A stretch of 64,000 nucleotides of DNA from Dipteris shenzhenensis (lineage: Eukaryota), in assembly GCA_047967505.1 (NCBI GenBank), contig CM106538.1. The stretch is one strand, 5' to 3'. Of the stretch, positions 25,901-36,457 are shown one piece after another (position 1 is the first letter of the stretch; every line of letters begins with the position of its first letter). A program made the translations under genes and the position numbers. Under the pieces are notes generated by a model. It did no database searches, was not told the DNA's origin, and saw only the letters and a list, made by a program, of their open reading frames with translations.

Positions 25901-27640
25901 CTGCCATAGTGGACCTAGTGGTATTTTCAGTGACAAAAGAGAAGAGAACTCTTGAATCTCTAACAACCAATTTGCAAATATCCCCCCAAGATTAGGCTTG
26001 CAAACTAGATATGCTAATATAAACGGAGAGGTAAGGAAGAAAAATGGCCGAGGTAATAAATAGGAGCGAAACTTTCTGATTGAAAACACTAAAGAGAGGG
26101 CTTGCTGCTCCATTTCTTCATACCTTGTTTCTGCCTCTATAAGCCATTGGCTGGCATAATAGATGGGTTGCATTCTACCTACCTCTCCTTTTTGTAGCAA
26201 TAGAGCACCAACTGAATGCAAAGATACACTTGGATTTACATAAAAGTCTTGAGATCAAGCAGGGGGCTTCAATACTGGGCCCTTACTCATGGCCTCCTTA
26301 AGTTGTTGAAAAGACTCTTGTTGCTCCACACCCCATTGAAAAGAAACTCCTTTTTTTGTCAACAAGTTGAACTATCTCTATGAAATCATCACAAAAGCAT
26401 TGATAATACTTGCTTTTTCCTAGAATTCTATGAACACCAATGACACTCTCAAGACTTTTTAGCAATGCCATGATTGCTTGAACCTTGTCAGGATCCATTT
26501 GTAGACCTTCTTCAGACAATATGCCCCAACAAGACTACTTTTTTTTGAGCCAAATGACCTTGCTAGGATTTAGACACCCTTTTGCTTCATCAATCCTAGC
26601 TAAGGCCATCTTTAACTTCTCCATGTGATCTATGCGCCAAGAATAAATGAAAAAATCATTCAAAAACACCCTTATGAACTTTCCCAAGTAAGGCTCAAGG
26701 ACTTGACTCATGAACCTTTGAAAGATCATATGAGCCATAGTAGTGCCTTTTGCTTGTTTTTAGCTTTTGTAGAGACTATGGTTTTTTGGTTGAAAGCAGA
26801 GAACCTTTGCACTTGAGAAGATCATATGAGCCATATCAATGCCTTTTGCTTGTTTTTAGTTTGTTATGGAATTTTCAAGACATTTGTAAAGGAGATAACA
26901 ATTGTAGACTAGCATTGAAGCATATTAGTCCATCCAAGAAGGATCACAATGCATCCAAATGGCCTATAAATCATCCACTGCAACCCAATGCACACCATGA
27001 ATGAGCACACATAGCTCAAACTGCAACTAGAGTGATCTACATAAGGTATGCTTAAGAAATCATGGTCCCACGACAATGATCACTACTAAAAATAGAACCT
27101 GAGATGCCTCAAAACATGGCTTCCGAATGTAAATTTGAAAGAACCCAGAATAGCCATCACATATAGAATACATCTCATGCCTTGCTACTTGGTCTAGTAT
27201 TTCATCTTGGAATGGCAAAGGAAAGTGATCCCTTTTAGTGCATGCATTCAAAGGATGAAAGTCTACACAAACCCGCCACTTATTTCCTTTCTTTGGTGTG
27301 ACAACTATAGGAGATATCCATTCTGAATCATCAATAGGAAAGATGAATCCTGCCTCAAGTAGTTGTGTTACCTCTTTCTTTAGTGCCTCAAGTTGGATCA
27401 CCCCCAATTGCCTTAAGCGTTGCACAACTGGCTTGCTTTCTGCTTCAACTCAATCTTGTGCTCCACAAGAGAGACCGGTCGAACCTATGAATAGCTTGTT
27501 GCAAAGAGATATGGAAAATCATCTAACATATCCAAGTACTGGAGCTTCTCACTACTTGCTAATAGAGAATCACCAAGAAGATCTTCATTGCGTTGGCATT
27601 GTTTAGTGTGCTCCACATCCTCCACATGAGCAACCCCTTC
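22970..27640 (-). mobile_element. Ty3/gypsy Tat-lineage remnant (RT-RH-aRH-INT) with probable 3' LTR at ~22970-24163
   Basis: RT: WISPIVVTPKK, WRVCVDF, DGYSGF. RH at ~25874-26221. An additional RNase H at ~25530-25820 reads LYFNGAF...TNNATKYNALILGL...VKGDS. Integrase: ERWGLDFVGPL, PYYPQCNG, WEGPY. PPT AGGGGGAAAGA precedes TGTGATGCC at 24163. The left LTR boundary is approximate. Confidence 0.85.
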
Positions 27641-29435
27641 AACACAAATGCTCTAATTTATGTACTGAATGAAATCTCTCCCTATTTAAGTGCAGTGCGA
27701 ACACAAATAAGAGCCCATTATGAAATTTAGCCCCAAAACTCTGTACATCGATCCACCAACTGCCGATCCACCTACTACGAATATATGCCATACCCAAAAA
27801 ACTTTGGAATGCTTTTGTTCTATCTGAAAACAATGTTGGATGACCTCCTCGCACATCCCAAGTGATGTACTCAAGCATAGGGAGAAGGAAAGGATCAGTG
27901 GAGGCCATAATCTCAGCAAGCCGGTCTGCGCCAAAGAGAAGAGTGATACATTGTTGAAAGAAGATCTTGCAACTCAATATGACATGAATTGATATATATC
28001 AAGGAGTTTGAAGGGGATGATTGGGTCGGATGGGTAGGTTCCAGGGAAACATTGCACCTCCTTCATAAATACAAGCTGGAGGCATGTGTATCGGTATGCT
28101 TTGATGGCGCACATTTTTTTGTGAGATGTATTTGTGTTTCATAGTGGAGAGACAATCCTGGTGGGCTCAAACTTTTGGATGTGCCAGTTTCATGTCTGCA
28201 AAAGTGGCAAACTGGGATATGAGCCATTTGTGGGGCAAGTCCTAGGATTGGGCCTTGATAAATGATCTGGATGCATCAATGTATGAGGAGTTCTAGTTGG
28301 ATCAAAAGTGGCCAGAGGACGTGTAAAAGAAGTGCTCACTATTCTTGGATTACCCTGAAGGGGAGCACCCACGAGAGGAGAAAGAAATGTACATGACGTA
28401 CAACAAACTACAGGGGCCCAAAGAACCAAAGAAGCTTGCAATGACGGTATGTACAAGCTCAAGTGTCCCCAAAATATTTATCTTCTAGGTTATTTTATGT
28501 ACTTACAAAGGACTCTATGCTACTGGAAAGTGAAGAAATCAAGGTCAGGGCTCCTGCATCTACTAGAGTGGGCAACAAAGCGGCAATTGAAAGAATGAGG
28601 GGGCAAAAAAAATATCGGGAGGCCAGATAAACCCGATAGACTTGGACAATCCTGCACCTAAAGGGATGAGACAAGATTGTGACAAAAATTGAGTTGGATT
28701 AAGAGTCGCATGGACGTTGTTTTTTATTTTTTAGAGGGCCTCAAATAATTGGCAATGTATTAGCTTCAGCAAAAATAGAGCCACTGGCTGCACAACTTGG
28801 AAGCACCCAAATAGGAGCTGCAGGGGTAGAAGCTCAATGTCGAGATCAAGGTGAGGAGGAGCTTTGTGTGACAGAATTCCTAGACATAGCCAAGTAGTAA
28901 TGAATTACCGACACAAAGTAGTCAAGTGGGACTGTTACCAATTGGCCCTGAATACATAGTGTAGGTGGGTGTATACAACTGCGTCCACACATCCTACCCA
29001 AACAGGCAAGTAGCATGCTCCTTTGTTTTTTAATTATTATCCTAAACAACATTCTAAAACATAATTTTTGTTAGCTTCTGTAGCCATAGTTGACGTGGCC
29101 ACAATTGCAAACATACAAGCATCAGGTGGACATAAAGAGAATGAGGAGGACCTACCAAGAGAGCATGAACAATCCACGTGTAAGTAGGGTCAGAAGCAAC
29201 AGATCCATGAAAATCAATAATTCGTTGTTGAGGCACTTGTAATAATGAGTTTCTTGAACATGGCCAGGGCGAGGAGGTCTAAGAGAGGCATCTTGATGTT
29301 GCATGTGAGATGTCTATGCACATGGAGACATCCACCAAGTACATTCCACCAAAATGCCAGGTTGTTATATGCAATCCATTCCAGGTAGGGAGTTCTCTAT
29401 GGAATGAGTGGAATTATGAGAACTTCAACTAGTTA

Positions 29436-29796
29436 TTGGAGCCTCTGGAGGAGGTGAACCATGGAAAGTGTTCAGAGGTAGATGGTCAGAGCACAGATAG
29501 CTTATGCAAAATCATGGTGGTTCACCTCCCTGATGCATCACTGATACTTCGACTAGGGGATGCCATTAAGTGGTGGAACAGATTTGGAGTGAATGCTTAC
29601 AACGCATTCGATCTTACAGATCCAGTGCTTGCAGACAATGGTGTCCTTATATTCACAGGGACAATGAAAGGATTGGAGGCCTTCTCATAAAGATCGGGGA
29701 GGATATGCGTCTGCATGAAGCAAAAAGATGCCAACAGTGGATGTTTTTTTGTTCGCAGGTGGTGCACTCAAAAACCACAATATGTGTGTAGGGAAA
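29436..29796 (+). pseudogene. Beta-class DNA amino-methyltransferase-like pseudogene, copy 2, 5' part
   Basis: KIMVVHLP...WWN...AFDLTDPVLADNGVLIFTG resembles the motif IV-VI region. It ends at a GTGAG donor-like site just before the TIR element and resumes at 43441. Confidence 0.5.
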
Positions 29797-30289
29797 GTGA
29801 GAAGTATGTGTTGTAATCATGAAAGGGTTTTTCAAGACATGATCACATGGTGCATATGTTACACACATTAGGGGAGAATTGGGGTCTCCAAAGGGCCCCC
29901 AATTGGTGTTTCCTAATTTCAAGTGATTAGTGAGGTATTTGAGCTGTACCAATGGGAGTGCTCCTTTTGTTGGGGCAATGCCATGTTGAGGTGGAGCATG
30001 GGCAGACCTGCAAACATCCCCTATTGGCTACTCCTCTTACACTGGGGACCACTCAAACCATCCCCCCCCCTCAACCCATGCTTGACCCTTCTCCCATATG
30101 AACCTCCCCCAAACAAACCTACAAGTCATTCAAGAGGCGGTGGGCCCTTCTAGGCAAAATTTTCACGCTCTCAAGTTGTTACAGGCCTGCCCCCTCCTCT
30201 TCTCTGGTCTAGCTTCATTCTCCCTCCATTTTTCAAACGTGGGAACTCATTTGGCATCTTCTCTGCCCCCTCCTACTCTAGTCCACTGT

Positions 30290-30560
30290 GTTTCTCCCTC
30301 TCTAGCACCTCCTGTAGTAGCTACTCATTCTCTCTCCATTCCTAGCTACAAAACCTCCTACATCAGTAGCTGCTCATCCCCCTTTACTCTTTCTTCCTCC
30401 ATTCCTAGCTACAGTACCTCCTGTAGTGGCTGCTCATTCCCCTCTGCTCTCTCTCCCTCAATTCCTAGCCATAACACCTCTTGGAGAAGCTGCTCATCCC
30501 CCTCTACTCTTTCTCCCTTTATTCCTAGCTACAACAGCTCTTGGAGCTTCTCTCAACCTT
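30290..30560. repeat. CT-rich ~60-bp tandem repeat (ATTCCTAGCTACA...GCTGCTCATCCCC), ~4 copies
   Basis: Direct inspection; repeated SIPSY..S..SCS in the ORF 30098-30637 translation. Confidence 0.75.
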
Positions 30561-30669
30561 CAGTTGCACCCTCTATACCTTCTCCCTCTCTCTCCCTCTA
30601 TCAGAGCTGCTTTCTCCCTCCAAGCTACACTTTCTAGTCCACTATTGCTGTTGTGACCTCTGTACAAGC

Positions 30670-31947
30670 ATGGTGAGGAGACCATACATGTACTCTGTGT
30701 CCCACAGGAGAAAAAATGCACTGGGTGAATGGGTGCCTTGCACCTACAGCTTGAATGATTGGATATTCATGAGAGGATCTGCCAAGGGTCAACATAATCT
30801 TCCCAAGAGCAAAAGAGGTGATCTTTTGCATGAATGGATGGGCCGCATCATGAAGTTCAAGCTTGGGATGAAAGGATTGCTTGCAAAGGTGCAACACATC
30901 TACATGGGGAAGGACATGCACCTTCCTCCGTCAAGCAATCAATTGACAATACCATCGCATTGTAAGTCACATTTTGTGTAAGATTTTGAAGTGTAATGAG
31001 TCAACTTGAAATTGTATTTTGAAATAGAACCAGTGTAATAAGTCAGTTTGAAATTGTATTTTGAAATAGCACTTGTGCATAGTAGATGTATTTCCTTCAG
31101 ACTTTGAGGAGTGGGAACCAGTCGAGTGCTTCTTATGTAAGTTTATTGCCATTCATGAGGATTTAGGAAGGCAAATGCATGCTAGAGGAAAGTTCTCTAC
31201 TTTGAAAGAGAGAAATATCTATTGGTATAATGCCAAGTACATGTTACTCCAAGGATGGCATCAGGCTATGGCCATCTTCAATGCATTGCAACACCACAAC
31301 TTGAAGACATGGATTGCAACATGGTGGACACAAGAACAATGCAATCATACAAGGAAAAGATTGCAAAGGATGTGGGCATGGCCATGAAGTTTACATCTGG
31401 CTCTAAGTGGGTAAGGTTGTCTTGGTTTATGCCTCTGCACATTTTTGCTTCTTGTTTTCATAATATCCAAATGCACAGAACAAAAACCATGTGGTCATGC
31501 AAGTGCCTACATGAGAATGCCCTTAAGGAATTGCTTGGGGTGAATTGGGGAAGTAGTTCAGGTGAACAAAAGGGTGATCTGTTTCAATGCCATGTATGTA
31601 AGGACAATGTGGTTGTCAAGTACCACATCTCCTGCCAAATGTTATATTTTGCTTTCCAATATAGGCGCTGGAAGAAAATAGGCAGCAATTAGCTCCCTCT
31701 TGACTCTAATAATGATAATAATGCAGGGGTAAGTTAATGTATCAGTTCTCATTTAGGAGATGTCAAGAATGTGACTGTCATGTCATAATGGACTCTCAAG
31801 AACATGCGGGAACACCTATTGATCATGGAGGATGCAATGTCTGAGTCCTTTCACTTTACCTTAAATGGTGAAAAGGTAAGAAAGCGTGCAGAGAAGCTCA
31901 TGCATAGTGCCACTTTTATCCCTCCTACAATATTGAAGATTGTCTAG
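30670..31947 (+). pseudogene. Transposon accessory ORF A: BAH-like N-terminal domain, unknown middle region, possible ubiquitin-like C-terminus
   Basis: Exon 30670-30961 has YSLNDWIFMR...WMGRIMKF...KVQHIY. After a GT-AG intron (30962-31085) the frame reads YVFPSDFEEWEPVECFLCKFIAIH...YWYNAKY. It continues to 31947 through a frameshift and three CAR-type stops. Confidence 0.5.
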
Positions 31948-32177
31948 AAAATGTGGGGTGGAATTATGGATTTTGACATTTTCCAATGAATAGTGGTGCA
32001 ATTAATTTTGATGTTTTGAATGGTTTTGTTTCATGTCAATGTCAAGTTTTTCCCAAAAATTTTATAATTCTTTTTATTTTTTATATTTAGAACATTTGGG
32101 TATATATAGGTTATAAAGTTACTTTAGTTTCAAAGTTTTACTATCATAGCCATAGTTCTCCTAGCTACCAAACTACC

Positions 32178-32684
32178 ATGGATTCTGCTAGGTCTGCCTT
32201 CCACAATTTCATCTCCCGTACTCCATTAATTTATAGAGAGGAGGAGTTATTTCCAGTCTTTGATAAGAGCATAGATGTCCTAGGCACCTACTTGGGAGCC
32301 CAAGATGATTTTGAAGACCTCAACTCGAGTTTTCCATATCAACTTGATGAGTCTACAAAAAGATGGGTCCCAATTGATTATTTTAAGTACTTGTTCAATC
32401 AAGAACCTAGGTTCATGAAGAGTTTAGATCGCTTTCAAGCCTAGCTCACACCCCTAGGTTCTAGGGAGGTGGACACTGATGACTTCCTACCATGTGGAAT
32501 CATCAAAAACACAGGAAATAGGTTCCTATCTTAGGAAATGACCTTTATTTTCCTTCTCCAGGAGAGACAAATGGAAGAGGAGGCCTCAACCTCAAGCCCT
32601 GACCGTGCCGCTGCCCTTTTCGATCCTCTTATTTTTGTAGATGACATTTGGGGCTCTCTTAGGCCCAATGACTCCCCTGTCTGA
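32178..32684 (+). pseudogene. Transposon accessory ORF B (~168 codons, unknown function)
   Basis: ORF 32178-32444 continues in frame through two TAG codons to TGA at 32682-32684, abutting the transposase stop tail-to-tail. Confidence 0.4.
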
Positions 32685-32686
32685 CT

Positions 32687-33744
32687 CTACATTAGTGCAA
32701 CCCCTTGGCTCCCTATTGAGGACTTCCAAGTAGCATATCTCCTTGTCTTCTTGACATGTTGAACCGCTTTTGTGAGACTTGAGACCTCTACCTTATTGCG
32801 CTTGAGAGTCCTGGCCTCTAGACATCTATAAACCCAATCGAACATTTCGTGTAGTGCATTGCTTTGCGCGATACCACCCCCATGCCTTGTATTCTTGAAG
32901 CATGCTACCTTTGCTCTGTAGTGTGATTTCTCCATTCCTTGAGTATTCCAAATGGATAGAGGGCCCCATTGCTCCATAAACAATGGTGCATGCGCGTAAA
33001 GAATATGCTGTAAAGAAAAACATTGTATTCAAAGCATAAACTGACTCGAGTTTAAAGCACAAAATTTCAACCTAAGGAGGATTACCATGTAATGTGTAAT
33101 ATGTGACTCCCCCCATGCTTCTACCATCAATGATATGAATTCTCCCAATACTGTCTTGAATCTCTCATAATAAAGCTCATCTGTTTGACCTTGTCTAAGG
33201 AACTTTATAAATGCATCAAGCTTTGTCCATAGTTTTGCTCTCAAAGTAGCAATTCGCGGATGTGAAGCTTGATTTGTGGTGCACTCACACAAATCTTTCC
33301 AGTACTCCCAACCTAGGGTACTTTGAGCCATTGTATGTTTTTCTTTATCAGCATTATGGTTGGACAAGGAACTCCTTGCCTTTCCTCCCATGGACACTTT
33401 ATCAGGAAGATTTTGTGTCTTTCGTGATTGTTTCTTGTCCTGCTTAAGCTTCACAGTGCCTCTGTGAAGTCCCATTAGTGAGAGTAGTTCAACTTTTGCA
33501 ATGCATTGTGCAAATACTTGCTATGGCCTCAAATTCCAAGCATAATTTAGATGGAGATAGAGTAACTTATCAAGTATACGCAGTTCAGCATGCAAAGTAC
33601 ACACGTGTACCCGCTCTAATGGTATTGGTAGAATGGGGTCCCACTTAGGATCCTTTTTGTGACAATCAGGGGCTGCACTTTGGTTGCAAGAAAGGATGCC
33701 ATCTTCCCACTATAGGCTTCCCTTTTGCATCTTCTGAGAGTGGG
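32687..33744 (-). pseudogene. RAG1/Transib-like DDE transposase, 3' part
   Basis: HVCTLHAELRILDKLL and KVSMGGKARSSL. A GT-AG intron at 33085-33008 joins ITHYM|HILYAHAPLFMEQWGPLSIWNTQGMEKSH. Confidence 0.82.
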
Positions 33745-35239
33745 TGTTGAGAGTTCACGCTCAACATCATGTGATCATGTGTGCATAGCACCATCACGTG
33801 ATCATATGTGCATAGCACTAACCTTATAGAGTGCTATAAAGGAAAGGGTTAGCTTCCCTAATCCTAACCCTAAAAGGGTTTGTATATATTCTATTTTTTC
33901 AACTAATTCTAGTGTACAGTTAGTCATTTGTGGTGTGCTCTCTAGCTGTGCCCTCTCTCCTCATCTCCACTCTTCTCCTCTCCCCTCTTCATATTTTGTC
34001 ATGGTATCAGAGCTCCCTTGTCTTCCGTTGAGACATTGCGATTCTTGAGAGTGTGAGAGAGTGATTGAGAGGTTTCTATCTTTCATTCCGTTGATGAAAG
34101 ATTTTCGTTCATGTGAGAGGAATTTCCGTCCATTCATTTTGTGAGAGTTTCATTGAGAGATTCATTCTCTCTATTCCGTTCATTCTTCCGTGAGAGTGAG
34201 TAGCTCTTCTTGTGAGAGATTTGTGAGTTTGTTCTTCTACTCTACCTTCCGAGAGAGAGAGAGAGATTTGATTCTTCTCCTGTAGGGAGAGAAAGAGATA
34301 GCTTCCTTCCATGTTGAGAGTTTTTTGAGTGAAAGGTTTGTATTAAAAGAGAAGAAGGGAAAGCCGAGACTTCTCCAAGGAGCCCTTGAGCACGGGGACT
34401 GTCTAAGGTAGCAAACATGCAACACAACACTTCCAACAAAGACTTCGAGTGTTCCAGAGAACCTACAGCTCAGGCTTCTACGATCGAGTCGAGGCAAGCC
34501 TATCTCCTTGAAAGACTTCTTTGTGATGTCTCCATAGACTCAGCAATCAACGCGAGCCGCCAGCCCATCTAAAGCCTTCAAACAGTCATAACATCGAAGG
34601 TGAAGGAGATGGGGAGGATGACGAAGATGACCAGGATCCATCGAAACTTGACCAGGTAGTCGACGTAGGTTGTCTTGCGCTTGGGGCGGAGAGGCTAGCG
34701 AAGCTCGTCCGACATGGTTGCGACTCAACTTGTTTTTCGGAAAAAACTTCGACGGGTTTCCCTCGCTCCGCACCTCAGACCTCAGTTTTGCGACTAGTTT
34801 CGACCTCAAACCGACGGAAGCTTCGACCGAAACCTCAGATCTAAACTAACAGCTGCAAGTCCAACTGAGCTCCTTTCAACACCATCTACTGCGAGCTCCT
34901 TCTCGGACTCCTACCTCCCAGCGGCCGTCGACCCAGCTCAACAACAAACTCAACGCAACGACCGCCGACAACAAGCTCTACACAAGCTACGCCTTCAACC
35001 TCCAGCCACGGACTTCAGACGGGCTCCCGGCTCCTGCCAGTCCACCGACGGCTCCATCGCCAGCGCCACAGCCCTACGAGCTCCTTGGCCTGCTCCAGCA
35101 AAAAGCGTGCCTCCCCCAGACATCGGCTCCACGAAACAACGTCGCAACGAATCTCATCGCAAGGCGCCATCTCCATCGCATAATCCCGTCATCGTCGTCG
35201 TCGACCATCGACCTCCAGAGTCTCCTTCTCTGAGAGAGA

Positions 35240-35595
35240 ACCTGCCACGTGGCAGATAAGGCCACGTGGCACTCTTCAAACCACACCCACCTTGGGTTCA
35301 GATTAACCCAGGTGCAGTTAGGAAAGGATAGGGTTGATCCACGTGGCATCTTATCTTGCCACGTCAGCAGACTCCAGCATCTGCCACGTCACCATCTTAT
35401 CATCTGCCACGTCATCAGCCAATCCTATCTGCCACGTCAGCACCGACTGCCACGTCACCTACCACGTCATCAGTGACACGTCATCACTGCCACGTCATCA
35501 CTGCCACGTCATCTGTGCCACGTCATCTGGCCACGTCATCTGTGCCACGTCATCAGTGCCACGTCATCAGTGACACCTCAGCACTGCCACCTCAG
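35240..35595. promoter_or_regulatory. Array of ~16 G-box/ACGT motifs (CCACGTGG, TGCCACGTCA) in the copia 5' leader
   Basis: Counted by eye; regulatory function is inferred only. Confidence 0.55.
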
Positions 35596-36457
35596 CACAG
35601 AGCTTCACTGGCACACCTCTTGCTAAGCACAGTGCCAAATCATCACTGCATGTGACTCACAGTGACACATCATCATTGAGCACCATTTGCACTCCTTTTG
35701 CCCCTCCACCTAGATCAAGTCATATCTCTTGATCCAGGAAGAATTTGAGGGTGCTCCAAAAAGGAAAGTCGCTCGATTTTTCGTGCTCTACGCGCTCGTT
35801 ACATCACGCGCACATTTCGGCGCAAGTTACACTCACATTTGAGCCTCGCCGACAAAACCACTTCCTTCACGCACATTTGCCTCTACATCAACGCATCTGA
35901 CCCAGCACTTAAAAAGAACAAAGGAAAAGGAATTATTTGCTGCTCTTTCATCGATCGACGGTTGGTTTAGATCTAGATCAGAGTAGACTAGATCGCCATA
36001 GAGGGGACGCTTTGAATTCCCCAAGTTGCCAATCTAAGCCATGCCCGAAATTCCCGACTAGTACCTACTCGGAGTCAGTCCATACGCTCACATCCGATTT
36101 CACATCATTACATTACCTGAAATCTTACGTTCATCAGTTCAGTGAGCAGACTTCAGAGTTCAGAGGCATTGTAGATTGATTCAGTGGGCAGATAGCACTT
36201 GATTTCACACACACATGCCACCATTGTAAAGCCTATTTGGCTATCTCACGGCATCGTGCACATCATTTTTTTAGCCTTGTAAAGCCTCTTGGCTATTCCC
36301 GGCATCATTGCCACAAGCCTTGTAACACAGGTCAGATCTTATTTATTACAGTTCTATCTTCACCGACGGTACAGAGATTTCACTTGGCATCTTCAGTGTA
36401 TTTGCAGTTGATTCATACAGAGTTTTCCAGGACACTTTTGAGTACATTGCTTGCACC

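Noticed and set aside
30670-31947. True RAG2 homologue
   Set aside because: No kelch repeats or PHD Cys/His pattern is visible; only the arrangement is analogous.
33858-33881. Telomere-like AACCCTAAA in the LTR
   Set aside because: A single motif, not an array.
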